From an uncultured Pseudobdellovibrionaceae bacterium (GTDB lineage Bacteria; Bdellovibrionota; FAC87; UBA2466), in NCBI GenBank assembly GCA_964616705.1, contig CAZTRP010000001.1, forward strand, positions 314,381 to 378,380: a stretch of 64,000 bases of DNA, read 5' to 3'. The notes under the pieces were generated by a model, which worked only from the letters and a program-made list of their open reading frames with translations, was not told where the DNA came from and ran no database searches. How positions within the stretch are numbered: position 1 is the stretch's first letter; each line of letters opens with the position of its first letter. Below are positions 47,996 through 57,536 of this stretch, piece by piece. Both the position numbers and the translations under genes were made by a program.

Positions 47996-48508
47996 ATGAC
48001 CGTCTCACTTCGCCACCTAAGCGTTGAAGTTCAAATTCGCGCGGCTTTTCCTATAAAGTACCGACCACTGATTAAACGAGCAGTCCAAGCCAGCATTGAA
48101 AAACTCCCAAGCCTCGTATGGAAACAGATTACTCAGAATCGAAAGACTAATTCGGTGTCAGTAAGCATTGTTTCTGCCCCTCAAATTCAAAAACTCAATT
48201 CTGGGTTTCGAAACAAAGACCGACCTACCGACGTGCTATCGTTTCCCTCTTCACCTATGCCGGGCTCCAACTTTATTGGCGATATCTTGATTTGCTGGAA
48301 AGTTGCAAAAAATCAGACAGCAGAATTTCAGACTACCGAGAGCGAGGAAATTCAGCGCTTAGTAGTTCATGGCGTTCTACACCTTTTTGGCTACGACCAC
48401 GAAACATCGCCCAAAGATGAAAGACGCATGTTCCGACTCCAAGACGCTATTCTCGCAACGCTTCGACCGGATCGAGCTTTGAAGCCTTTGAAGAAGGGTA
48501 AACGGTAG
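47996..48508 (+). CDS. ybeY: rRNA maturation endoribonuclease YbeY
   Basis: RNKDRPTDVLSF, IGDILIC, HGVLHLFGYDH. Confidence 0.93.
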   Translation: MTVSLRHLSVEVQIRAAFPIKYRPLIKRAVQASIEKLPSLVWKQITQNRKTNSVSVSIVSAPQIQKLNSGFRNKDRPTDVLSFPSSPMPGSNFIGDILICWKVAKNQTAEFQTTESEEIQRLVVHGVLHLFGYDHETSPKDERRMFRLQDAILATLRPDRALKPLKKGKR

Positions 48509-49649
48509 CTAGAAAAATCAGCGTTACTGCCACGAGGTACACCAAGCCAATAGAGAACGGACGAATTTCGATGGGCACAGTCCGCTGATAGTAGATGTCG
48601 GGGAATTGATAATTGTATTTAACGTAAAGAAGTATCGCCACCGCCAACAAGGTGCCAAACGCTATTCCCACCAAACCGAGAAAAGCTCCCTGCCACATGA
48701 AAATATGGCGAATCTGAGAAGCTGATGCCCCTAAAGCGCGAAGGACACCTATGTTCTTACGCTTGTGACTTACGTGCATCATCAAAGTAATGGCGATATT
48801 CATCACCGCGATAATTACTGCAAAACTCAAAATCAAAAACATCGAGAGTTGTTCGAGCTTCAAAGAATGAAAGAGAGCTTCGTTGAACTGGGTCCAACTC
48901 TGCACTTCCCAACCCTCGGGCAGAAGTGGACGAAGACTTGCGGCTACGACATCCGCCGCGTCCATATCGTCGGTCCAAACTTGCCAACCTGTAATGACGT
49001 CGCCTTTACCGACGAAATCCTGGGCATCGGCAATAGGCAGAAAAAGGTACTGCTTATCAAAGTCATAGTGCCCCGATTCATAGAAGCCCGAGACAGCGAC
49101 AGTATGGGCCATGGGAACAGACCCAAGTGCCCCCTGCCTTCTCAGCGGCGAAATCAGTTGCACTTTATCTTGAAGATCTACTCCCAGATGATTCGCAAGC
49201 TCTGCGCCGAGCACCCCTTGAATTTCGGGACCGTCGGCTTTTGGAATTTTACCCGCCCGGAGTCCACTTTGAATCCTTGGCCAGTCCGAGGGGGCGATTC
49301 CCCAAACCACAATACCCAAGGTTCGGTTAGAGGTTTGAGCGATCATTTCAGTTTCTACAAAGGGTACAGCGCGAACTACCCCGGCTTGCTTCGCGAAGGT
49401 AGTGGTGAGAGTGTCGACGTCGATTTTCCCAGATGCACTGGCAAGCTTGCGTATCAAGATATGCGGATAGGCCCGAAGAACATTATCCCTTAAGGAAGAC
49501 TCCAGACCGTACATAATGGAAAGCAGAGAACACATTGTCCCTACCCCCACGCCGATCGCAATCCACGCAAAAAGAGTCATCGAACTGAAACGGCCTCGTT
49601 CGGTACCTCGAAGCATAAACCGCCAGGCAATTAACCGATCAAAAGCCAT
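48447..49649 (-). CDS. Lipoprotein-releasing ABC transporter permease (LolC/LolE family)
   Basis: IAIGVGVG...SIMYG, MacB-like periplasmic domain, KRKNIGVLRALGAS, YPSSKASKLDPVEALR; no lolD adjacent. Confidence 0.88.
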   Translation of the reverse strand: MAFDRLIAWRFMLRGTERGRFSSMTLFAWIAIGVGVGTMCSLLSIMYGLESSLRDNVLRAYPHILIRKLASASGKIDVDTLTTTFAKQAGVVRAVPFVETEMIAQTSNRTLGIVVWGIAPSDWPRIQSGLRAGKIPKADGPEIQGVLGAELANHLGVDLQDKVQLISPLRRQGALGSVPMAHTVAVSGFYESGHYDFDKQYLFLPIADAQDFVGKGDVITGWQVWTDDMDAADVVAASLRPLLPEGWEVQSWTQFNEALFHSLKLEQLSMFLILSFAVIIAVMNIAITLMMHVSHKRKNIGVLRALGASASQIRHIFMWQGAFLGLVGIAFGTLLAVAILLYVKYNYQFPDIYYQRTVPIEIRPFSIGLVYLVAVTLIFLATVYPSSKASKLDPVEALRE

Positions 49650-49666
49650 TCGAGAAAGCGCTCCTT

Positions 49667-50194
49667 TTAGTAATCTTCCTGGGGTTGCGGGGCATCGGGA
49701 GGTGCAAAACTTTCCGGAGTGCCGTCGAAGGGCTGAGCCTCTTCCTCAAAAGGAACTGGTTCCTGAAACGGAACTGGTTCGGTGTCGAACTGGGGTGGCG
49801 GAGGAGGCGGAGCCACAAAACCCGGATTGTCGATAACAGGAGGGGCGGTGCCTGGATCCATCCCCTGCCCGGCTTGACCGGTGTAGGAATTCGAGGAGCC
49901 AAAAGATTCCAAATTCGACGGCGGACTCTGAAAACCCGGAGGAGGAGCGCTGTCCACGTGCGGGGACCTAGGATCCGCAAAACCACCCCCAGACCGACCG
50001 CTTGGAGGGGTAAGCGTGGGACCAGCGTCCGGAGGGGCTGCCTCAGGGGCTTCAAGCTGTACGGGAGCAGAGGGCGATTCGCTCTCGGTCCCAGGAGCGG
50101 CTGGCGCGGCCGTCCGTGACCCGGACCACCACATATAGGCCCCGACCGCTACGATAGTAAGAAAAACGCCTAACCAAATTCGATTCTTTTCCAT
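49667..50194 (-). CDS. Single-TM Pro-rich hypothetical protein
   Basis: N-terminal anchor and low-complexity P/G/S/E tail. Confidence 0.55.
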   Translation of the reverse strand: MEKNRIWLGVFLTIVAVGAYMWWSGSRTAAPAAPGTESESPSAPVQLEAPEAAPPDAGPTLTPPSGRSGGGFADPRSPHVDSAPPPGFQSPPSNLESFGSSNSYTGQAGQGMDPGTAPPVIDNPGFVAPPPPPPQFDTEPVPFQEPVPFEEEAQPFDGTPESFAPPDAPQPQEDY

Positions 50195-50254
50195 TTGAGC
50201 TTCTTGCGCCCAAAGTAGCGCAAAAGCTCAGATTGGGCGAGCACGAATCGTGTT

Positions 50255-50283
50255 TTGTGAAACCCCTGGCGCAGTGTTATAAG
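50255..50283 (+). promoter_or_regulatory. Candidate sigma70 promoter for lysS
   Basis: TTGTGA-N17-TATAAG with an extended TG. Confidence 0.4.
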
Positions 50284-50294
50284 ACTCCGAAATT

Positions 50295-51917
50295 ATGAGC
50301 ATACAAAACTCCACTCCCGTCGAAGAAATCCCGAGCCGTCACTGGGCCGATCATGCGGCCGATGAACTTATCGCAAGGCACCCCGACAAGGAAACCTTGG
50401 TCTGTGCCTCTGGAATTTCTCCCAGCGGCATGGTTCACATTGGCAACTTTCGGGAAGTAGTAACAGTGGAGTTCGTTGTACGGTCCTTGAGAAACCGAGG
50501 CAGAAAAGTTCGTTTTCTTTATAGCTGGGATGACTACGATGCGTTCCGGAAAGTTCCCGCAAACCTTCCGGAAAAAGATCTGCTAACAAAAAACCTACGA
50601 CTTCCCATCAGCGACGTCCCCGATCCCTTTGGCACCGAGGCAAATTACGCCGCTCACTTTGAAAAACAGTTTGAGTCCGAACTAGCGCCGATGGGCATTG
50701 TGCCCGACTATATCTACCAAAATCAGGCTTACAAAGCTTGCCGCTATGCTGAGGGAATTCGCACGGCGCTCCAGAACCAAGCGTCTATTGTCAAAATTCT
50801 GAATGCAGCACGTACCGAAGACCTTCCTCCCGATTGGTGGTGCATTAGTGTGTACTGCAAAACTTGTGGAAAAGATGCCACCACCATCAAGGCCTATCGC
50901 GCGCCCTATGCAATCGACTACAGTTGTAAGATTTGCAAAAAAGATGAAGTGATAAGTTTCGACAAGGAAGCGGGAATCAAACTGCTCTGGCGCGTCGACT
51001 GGCCAATGCGGTGGGCCTTTGAAGGAGTGGATTTCGAACCAGGGGGAAAAGACCACTCTTCTCAAGGAGGAAGCTTTGATACCGGTAGTGAAATAGCACG
51101 AACCGTATGGAAGCGAGAACCGCCTTTCTACGTTCAGTATGACTTCGTTTTGGCTAAAGGGCTTGGCGCAAAATTATCGTCCTCCTCAGGCCAATTGATT
51201 ACTCTTGCCGAAGCCCAAGAGGTCTACGAGCCAGCGGTAATTCGTTGGATATTTGCGAGCAGAAAACCTAATTTAGACTTCACTATTGCCTTCGATTTAG
51301 ATGTAATTCGCACCTACGACGACTTCGATCGCTGCGAACGTTACGCCTACGGCGTAGAGGCCGGCGAAGAACGAAAAGTAACGTACGAGAAGCGTATTTA
51401 CGAACTGTCTTGCGTTAAAATGCCAGAGACACTTGAAAAAATGCCATCCCAGTTTGGCTTCCGGCATCTATGCAATCTGCTCCAAATCCACGAAGGCAAT
51501 CTGGAAAAAACCAAAGAACAGTACGCAAGTGATATTAAGACAGCTTTGGATGAAACGCGTTTTCGCTCTAGAGCCGAACGCGCTTGGCGATGGATAACCA
51601 CTTTTGCGCCCGAAGAGTTTAAGTTCAAAGTCCGGACGCCGGAAGAAGTCACCGAACAAACCACTCAACCTCAGGCCATTTCCGCAATGGCGGATGTTCT
51701 TTCTCGACCCGGGATCGACAAAATGGATGAGGCGGTTTTGGCCAATGCAATTTACGAAGTCATGAAAGCCCACGGATTAGACGCAAAGCGTTTCTTCCCG
51801 GAGGTTTATCGGATTTTGATCGGCAAACCGAACGGGCCAAAACTCGCGACCTTTGTTCAGGCCATGGGCCCCCTTCGAGCGACGGCACTGCTGCGGGCAA
51901 GCCTTACCAGTAAGTAG
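50295..51917 (+). CDS. lysS: Class I lysyl-tRNA synthetase
   Basis: SGISPSGMVHIGNFRE (HIGH-like), SWDDYD, Zn-like CKTC/CKIC, KLLWRVDWPMRW, EPGGKDH, KLSSSSG (KMSKS-like), GPKL. Confidence 0.93.
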   Translation: MSIQNSTPVEEIPSRHWADHAADELIARHPDKETLVCASGISPSGMVHIGNFREVVTVEFVVRSLRNRGRKVRFLYSWDDYDAFRKVPANLPEKDLLTKNLRLPISDVPDPFGTEANYAAHFEKQFESELAPMGIVPDYIYQNQAYKACRYAEGIRTALQNQASIVKILNAARTEDLPPDWWCISVYCKTCGKDATTIKAYRAPYAIDYSCKICKKDEVISFDKEAGIKLLWRVDWPMRWAFEGVDFEPGGKDHSSQGGSFDTGSEIARTVWKREPPFYVQYDFVLAKGLGAKLSSSSGQLITLAEAQEVYEPAVIRWIFASRKPNLDFTIAFDLDVIRTYDDFDRCERYAYGVEAGEERKVTYEKRIYELSCVKMPETLEKMPSQFGFRHLCNLLQIHEGNLEKTKEQYASDIKTALDETRFRSRAERAWRWITTFAPEEFKFKVRTPEEVTEQTTQPQAISAMADVLSRPGIDKMDEAVLANAIYEVMKAHGLDAKRFFPEVYRILIGKPNGPKLATFVQAMGPLRATALLRASLTSK

Positions 51918-52191
51918 TGGTTACGGTGCAATCGCCCCAGATCGCAGTACAACAACTCACTCGATCTGCCTCCGGGCGTCCTTCGCGCCGCAACAACGAG
52001 CGCTCTTTCTCGGTTTGAGTAGACAGATTCTCGGCGCCGTCCAGCACGGCCATATTGCACTTCCCGCAAACAAACTCCGCCGAGCATGACGACGCAACCG
52101 GCAGACCCGCCTGAAGTGCCGCGTCAAAAAGTGAGCAACCTGGCTTAACCTCCACAGATTTACCCGATGGGACAAAGTTTACTCTTGGCAT
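51904..52191 (-). CDS. 2Fe-2S ferredoxin
   Basis: C-x5-C-x2-C (CSAEFVCGKC) ... RVSCC. Confidence 0.88.
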   Translation of the reverse strand: MPRVNFVPSGKSVEVKPGCSLFDAALQAGLPVASSCSAEFVCGKCNMAVLDGAENLSTQTEKERSLLRREGRPEADRVSCCTAIWGDCTVTTTYW

Positions 52192-52220
52192 CTCAACAAT
52201 TTAGCCCTTTCATAGTGTAG

Positions 52221-53234
52221 ATGGAAGGCAACACCCAAGTTTCCGCAGCACAGCTTGAAAAAGACGCAACCGAACTCAAAGCAATTCTGGACGAAGTCGG
52301 CAAAGTTCTCGTGGGGCAGCAGCCCATGGCCCGCTCACTCCTGATTGGTTTACTTACCGGGGGACACGTTCTACTGGAAGGCCTTCCCGGCCTTGCAAAG
52401 ACGTTAGCGGTAAAAACCCTTGCCCGAACTTTAGATTCCCGTTTTCAACGCGTACAGTTTACCCCCGACTTGCTACCGAGCGACCTCATAGGAACTGTGA
52501 TTTACCGAGAACAAACGGGAGAGTTCGTTCCTAAGAAGGGGCCGATTTTCTGCAATATCCTGCTGGCCGACGAAATCAACCGTGCCCCAGCTAAAGTGCA
52601 AAGTGCTCTTCTCGAGGCGATGGCAGAGAAGCAAGTGACAATAGGAGAAACCACCTACGCACTTGAAGAACCCTTTTTGGTGTTAGCGACCCAGAACCCA
52701 ATTGAACAGGAAGGCACCTACCCGCTTCCTGAAGCCCAACTCGATCGTTTCATGTTTAAACTCCGCGTGGGTTACCCAACACGCGAAGAGGAAAGTCAGA
52801 TACTTGAAAGAATGTCTCTGCAAACCATCCCGGTTGCCTCAACGGTATCGTCGAGTTTACGCATTTTGGATTTGCGAACCAGGGTGCACCAAGTGCACAT
52901 GGATGCTCGAATCAAGGAATATATTCTGCGCTTAGTCCTTGCGACCCGCCAAGACGGCGAGCTGGAAAAAGGGGAAACTAGCGGGAATCGACTGTCGGAG
53001 ATTCGCTCCTCGCTTCGCATTGGAGCCAGCCCACGGGCCACACTCTTTCTCACTTTTGCTGCACGAGCCCACGCGCTCATCGAAGGTCGCGGCTTTGTAA
53101 TTCCCGATGACGTAAAAGCAGTTTGCGCCGATGTGCTTCGCCACCGACTATTGATGACGTTTGATGCTGAAGCCAGGGGGCTCGATACGGATGCACTCAT
53201 CGGGTGGCTACTGGAAACCGTTACCGTTCCGTAA
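52221..53234 (+). CDS. moxR: MoxR-family AAA+ ATPase
   Basis: EGLPGLAKT, RVQFTPDLLPSD, LADEINRAPAKVQSALLEAM, ATQNPIEQEGTYPLPEAQLDRF. Confidence 0.95.
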   Translation: MEGNTQVSAAQLEKDATELKAILDEVGKVLVGQQPMARSLLIGLLTGGHVLLEGLPGLAKTLAVKTLARTLDSRFQRVQFTPDLLPSDLIGTVIYREQTGEFVPKKGPIFCNILLADEINRAPAKVQSALLEAMAEKQVTIGETTYALEEPFLVLATQNPIEQEGTYPLPEAQLDRFMFKLRVGYPTREEESQILERMSLQTIPVASTVSSSLRILDLRTRVHQVHMDARIKEYILRLVLATRQDGELEKGETSGNRLSEIRSSLRIGASPRATLFLTFAARAHALIEGRGFVIPDDVKAVCADVLRHRLLMTFDAEARGLDTDALIGWLLETVTVP

Positions 53235-53242
53235 AAACAAAA

Positions 53243-54124
53243 ATGTTAGTGTTTCGTGAAAAGCTTCTAAAAGCGGTGGCACAGCTTGAGCTTCGCTCAA
53301 GGCGCAATATTGCCTCGTTGCTTACCGGAGACTACCGGAGCGCGTTTCGCGGAAGCGGAATGCAATTTAAAGAATTTCGAAACTACGAACCAGGCGATGA
53401 CATCCGCCACATGAGCTGGCAAGTCACTGCGCGAACCCGGCGTCCAACCGTAAAGGTGTATGAAGAGGAACGAGAGCTCAATGTCCTGATGATGGTGGAT
53501 GTGAGCGGCTCTGCCCTACTTGGGAACCAAGGCCGTCGCAAAATGGACATGTTTGCCGAACTCACTGCGCTGGTGGGTCTTACCGCGGTAAAGTCCGGAG
53601 ATCCGTTTGGAACTCTATTTTTCTCCGACAAAGTGCAGAGGTACTTGCCTTTACGCCGCAGCCAGGACCACGTACGGGCATCACTTGCACAACTGCTTGC
53701 CCAGCCCTATCACGGCGCCCAAAGCGACATTCGCCCCGCTATTGCCTACGCGCAGAAAGTCTTGAATGTGAGATCGTTAGTCGTGATTGTCTCCGACTTT
53801 ATGATGCCGAACTTCAGAACCGAGCTCATTGCTCTAACGCGCCGGCACGATGTCATTCTTCTGCATGGAACGGCGCCACTAGAGTGGGGAGAAAAACTTT
53901 CTGGAATTTACGCCACTTGGGATCCCGAAACGGGCAGTTACGCCCTGATCGATGGAAATTCCCGAGCGTCCCGGCAGAAGTTGAGCGGTTACCAAAACCA
54001 CTTAGCTGATACACTGGGCAAAATGGCTCGCTCTTGCGGGGCAGATTACCTGCCTCTGAATGTGGACAATGACTATTTGCAAACATTGGTCACCTTTTTT
54101 CGTGGCCGCAGCCCTCGTCGTTAG
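53243..54124 (+). CDS. DUF58 protein (MoxR partner)
   Basis: GSGMQFKEFRNYEPGDDIRHMSW, VKVYEEER, VDVSGS. Confidence 0.92.
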   Translation: MLVFREKLLKAVAQLELRSRRNIASLLTGDYRSAFRGSGMQFKEFRNYEPGDDIRHMSWQVTARTRRPTVKVYEEERELNVLMMVDVSGSALLGNQGRRKMDMFAELTALVGLTAVKSGDPFGTLFFSDKVQRYLPLRRSQDHVRASLAQLLAQPYHGAQSDIRPAIAYAQKVLNVRSLVVIVSDFMMPNFRTELIALTRRHDVILLHGTAPLEWGEKLSGIYATWDPETGSYALIDGNSRASRQKLSGYQNHLADTLGKMARSCGADYLPLNVDNDYLQTLVTFFRGRSPRR

Positions 54125-54962
54125 TGCGCTAGCAAAAGGCGACTTCCGCTTTTCACTAGAGCCGCAAATTATCCAACCCGGCCAGCGGGCGGTACTTACT
54201 TTGCGCCTTCCAGAAGCCGATCTCCGTTGGCTCGAGGGAAGCACTCCCGAAGATGTATTTCCCGAAGCAGAAGATGAGTCGTTATTAGAATCGCAGGAAC
54301 TCGAGTTTCTATCGCAAGACTACCGGAAAGAAAAATCTGACTACGTCTGGCGTTACGAATTCACGGCCTATTCTACGGGCGAAATCGTGATCCCGCCCAT
54401 TTCGGTTCGCATGGGCCCCCAAAGTTTTTCAAGCGAGCGTCGCACTTTACAGGTAGTTTCAAATCGCACCGACGGGGAGCTTCGTCCCAATGCAGGCGCA
54501 GTCTACCCTCCCTGGGACTGGAGCTTTTGGCTTGGTGGCTTGCTTCTTCTCGCATTGGCCGCTGCCGTTTACTGGCTCGGCAAACGCTACTGGCCCCGAC
54601 GCACACCACAATCTTCCGACGCAATGCAAACCCTTCACCCGCAGGAACTGCCAAAGGAATGGCTTAAGAAACAATTCCTCATTCTGCGCGCGCGAATGGA
54701 GAGCATGCCCCAAGAACCGAACTGGCCGGACACTTGGTTTGCCATTTTAAAAGAGTTTACCTGTCGTGATGCCAGCGTTCCCGCAAAGGCTTGGACCACT
54801 AGTGAGCTGAGGTCTGCGCTCAAGCAGGACAGTCGCTACAGTGAACTAGCGCAGCTTCTTTCTGACTGTGACCTTTGGAAGTTCTCACCCAGCGCCCATA
54901 AAGTTTCACCCACGCAAATCACGCTGAAATGGATTGAAGAAAGCGAACGGATCTTTTTATGA
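54060..54962 (+). CDS. Bat-operon hypothetical protein (BatD-like N-terminal Ig domain plus TM)
   Basis: Signal peptide, GEIVIPPISV, one TM helix, TTSEL motif; sits between DUF58 and BatA. Exact start uncertain. Confidence 0.65.
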   Translation: MWTMTICKHWSPFFVAAALVVSALAKGDFRFSLEPQIIQPGQRAVLTLRLPEADLRWLEGSTPEDVFPEAEDESLLESQELEFLSQDYRKEKSDYVWRYEFTAYSTGEIVIPPISVRMGPQSFSSERRTLQVVSNRTDGELRPNAGAVYPPWDWSFWLGGLLLLALAAAVYWLGKRYWPRRTPQSSDAMQTLHPQELPKEWLKKQFLILRARMESMPQEPNWPDTWFAILKEFTCRDASVPAKAWTTSELRSALKQDSRYSELAQLLSDCDLWKFSPSAHKVSPTQITLKWIEESERIFL

Positions 54963-55987
54963 ACTGGGAACTTTTAGATCCGAACATGCTTTGGTGGATG
55001 GTAGGTCCCGCCTTGGCAGCTACCTATTTCGTAGCAAGGCGAAAACGCCGCTCTCGAGGACTGCTCTTCTTTTCAGCCCCAAACCAAATCCTGAGCGCTT
55101 CGAGTGCGTGGACCAAGTGGGTTTTCAGAGCATTTTTTCTCATCTTTACAGCAAGCCTTTTAGCATTCGCCTGGATTGCGGCTAGACCCGTTGAACGAGA
55201 AACCTGGACCGAGAGAACTACCGCTGGAATTGACATCGTCATCACACTAGATGTCTCCGAAAGCATGGATGCAGACGACTTCCATCCCACCCGACTTGCA
55301 GTAGCTAAATCTGTGATTTCTGACTTTATTCGTAAACGAAACTATGACCGGATTGGATTTAATATTTTCGCCGGCGAAGCAGTAACGAAAAGTCCTCTTA
55401 CTCGGGACCATGATTTCTTGCTGAACCAGGTTGAATCCGTGCGGCTTCGTGAACTCAAACAAGGAACCGCCATTGGGATGGGGCTGACAAACGCGATTCT
55501 TCGGTTAAAAGACTCTCAAACACGAACCAAGATCATCGTCCTACTTACCGATGGGGACAGCAACGTAGGCGCAATCAACCCAATTACGGCGAGTGAACTA
55601 GCGCGCCAAGAAGGCATCAAAATTTATCCTATTGGGATGGGACAACAAAACCGGGTAATGATCCCCATCTACCAGTACGATGAATCGGGGCAAAGAGGGC
55701 CGTTGGTGGCAAAGATCCCATCGTACATCAATCCCGCCTTGCTTAAAGAAATTGCCCAAATCACCGGCGGAAAAGCCTACATGGCTCGAGATTCGGGAAT
55801 GCTTAATCGAATATTGCAAGAAATCGACACATTAGAAAAAACAAAAATCAAAATGCTGCCCCGACAAAAGCAGGAGGAAAAGTACTGGTATCCAGCATTG
55901 GTAGTATGCCTACTTCTTTGGGTGGTTTTTCTCCTAATGGAAACGCGTTACAGAAAAGGAGCCGTCGGACATGTCGCTGCGACTTGA
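54959..55987 (+). CDS. batA: BatA-like vWA domain protein
   Basis: N-terminal BatA helix, MIDAS DVSES, DRIG, GTAIGMGL, LLTDG, C-terminal TM helix. Confidence 0.85.
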   Translation: MNWELLDPNMLWWMVGPALAATYFVARRKRRSRGLLFFSAPNQILSASSAWTKWVFRAFFLIFTASLLAFAWIAARPVERETWTERTTAGIDIVITLDVSESMDADDFHPTRLAVAKSVISDFIRKRNYDRIGFNIFAGEAVTKSPLTRDHDFLLNQVESVRLRELKQGTAIGMGLTNAILRLKDSQTRTKIIVLLTDGDSNVGAINPITASELARQEGIKIYPIGMGQQNRVMIPIYQYDESGQRGPLVAKIPSYINPALLKEIAQITGGKAYMARDSGMLNRILQEIDTLEKTKIKMLPRQKQEEKYWYPALVVCLLLWVVFLLMETRYRKGAVGHVAAT

Positions 55988-57536
55988 ATGCCCCGAAGCC
56001 CTTTCGGGTATCGTTCCACTACTAGTTTTGCTTTGGGTAATGTGGCGAGGACGAAAACACCGAGGTACGTTCTCCCTGCGGCGTTTTTTCTTGGTCGCGG
56101 TCGGTTTTGTTTCTTGCATTCTAGGACTCGCGCGCCCACAAGGGGGGCACTATGCAACCACTCAGCGTGGCATGCAGGGCGACCTTTATCTGGCAGTAGA
56201 TATCTCCAATAGCATGCGCGCCGAGGACCTGTCTCCTTCCCGACTGGAGTTTGCCAGCGCTTTTTTAAATCGCTTGCTAGGGCAGGTCCCTGGATTGCGC
56301 GTGGCGATTTTTCCATTTGCTGCGGACGGATACTTGCAAATGCCCCTTTCACGCGACCAAGGCGCAGCGAGTGAATTGATTGGTTCACTAACCCCCTCTG
56401 CAACAACCAATCAGGGCACCGACTTTCAAGCTAGCCTTACCACCTTGATTGCCGCAATCGACAAGGCCACGGCTACGCAACAAGGCGAAAACTCCCCAAC
56501 TCGTGTGCTTCTTCTCTCCGATGGAGAATCCCACCAGGAATTGAGCAAATCACTATTAGACAAGTTTCGTGCCCACCACATTCCCATAGACACTGTTGGC
56601 ACGGCCACTGCCGAAGGTGGGTATATTCCAATAGAAGTTTCTGGTGGTTTCGGACATGAAAACCAAAAAGACTCGAACGGAAAACCGGTAGTGTCGCGAC
56701 TTGAAACAAAGCTGCTGCGCCAGATCAGCGAAGGAACTGGAGGCAACTACTATTCCGCTCGGCTAGAAGAAACCGAGCGAATTGCAGATCGGATTCTTCA
56801 GGGCATGGAGTTCGGAAAACTCAGCACTCAATTCAAGCTGGAGCATGAATATTTCCCCACTTTGTTTCTTGTTGCATTAGCAGCATTTGGTTTGGAATTT
56901 TTGTTTGGTCGCTGGCAATTTTTTATCAGGGCCATCGCGGTTGCTTTTCTTTTTCACGCAAGTCCACTTTCCGTCTTTGCGTGGGATGCCGAAATCGAAG
57001 AAAAGCTCAAGGACGCAGGGAAAAATCGCCCCTACACGGCTTACAACGAAGCTCGTCGACTTTTCGATGAAGGCAGACTTAACGATGCTGCCGAGCTATT
57101 TCAAGAAAGTATCTCTTCTTTCGCCGGACCAAACCTGAAAAAGAAAGCTCTGTATGATCTCGGCAATACCTTGATGCGACTTCAGGATCCCGTTCAGGCC
57201 CTAAGCGCCTACCAACGCGCTTACGATACCCAAGTGAATAACGCTGAGGAACAAAAGAGTCTTAACGACGACATCTCCCAAAACATGCTGCTGGCCAAAC
57301 GGCTAAAGCAAAAGCAAGAACAAGAGCAAAAAGATCAGAAAGAGGGCGATGGGGAGGGCGACAAAACCCAACAACCCAAAGACCCGGGAAAATCTAAACA
57401 GTTCAAAGGCCAAAGTTTTGACGAGGCACAGAAGCAAAAAATGTTCGACGCTACCAAGGCAGAGGAACAACAGGCACTTCAGCGCCTTCAAAACAGGAAC
57501 CGGCAGACTACAGATCCAAAGGGAAAACCATGGTGA
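55971..57536 (+). CDS. BatB-like vWA protein fused to a TPR (BatC-like) region
   Basis: MIDAS DISNS, GTDF, LLSDGE, then YNEA...ALYDLGNTL TPR repeats and a Q/K/E-rich tail ending KPW. Confidence 0.8.
   Translation: MSLRLECPEALSGIVPLLVLLWVMWRGRKHRGTFSLRRFFLVAVGFVSCILGLARPQGGHYATTQRGMQGDLYLAVDISNSMRAEDLSPSRLEFASAFLNRLLGQVPGLRVAIFPFAADGYLQMPLSRDQGAASELIGSLTPSATTNQGTDFQASLTTLIAAIDKATATQQGENSPTRVLLLSDGESHQELSKSLLDKFRAHHIPIDTVGTATAEGGYIPIEVSGGFGHENQKDSNGKPVVSRLETKLLRQISEGTGGNYYSARLEETERIADRILQGMEFGKLSTQFKLEHEYFPTLFLVALAAFGLEFLFGRWQFFIRAIAVAFLFHASPLSVFAWDAEIEEKLKDAGKNRPYTAYNEARRLFDEGRLNDAAELFQESISSFAGPNLKKKALYDLGNTLMRLQDPVQALSAYQRAYDTQVNNAEEQKSLNDDISQNMLLAKRLKQKQEQEQKDQKEGDGEGDKTQQPKDPGKSKQFKGQSFDEAQKQKMFDATKAEEQQALQRLQNRNRQTTDPKGKPW

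Noticed and set aside
48765-49493. 242-aa + strand ORF, and similar ORFs at 7888-8367, 21778-22281, 21871-22515 and 23846-24352
   Set aside because: Shadow or alternative-frame ORFs fully overlapping confident genes.
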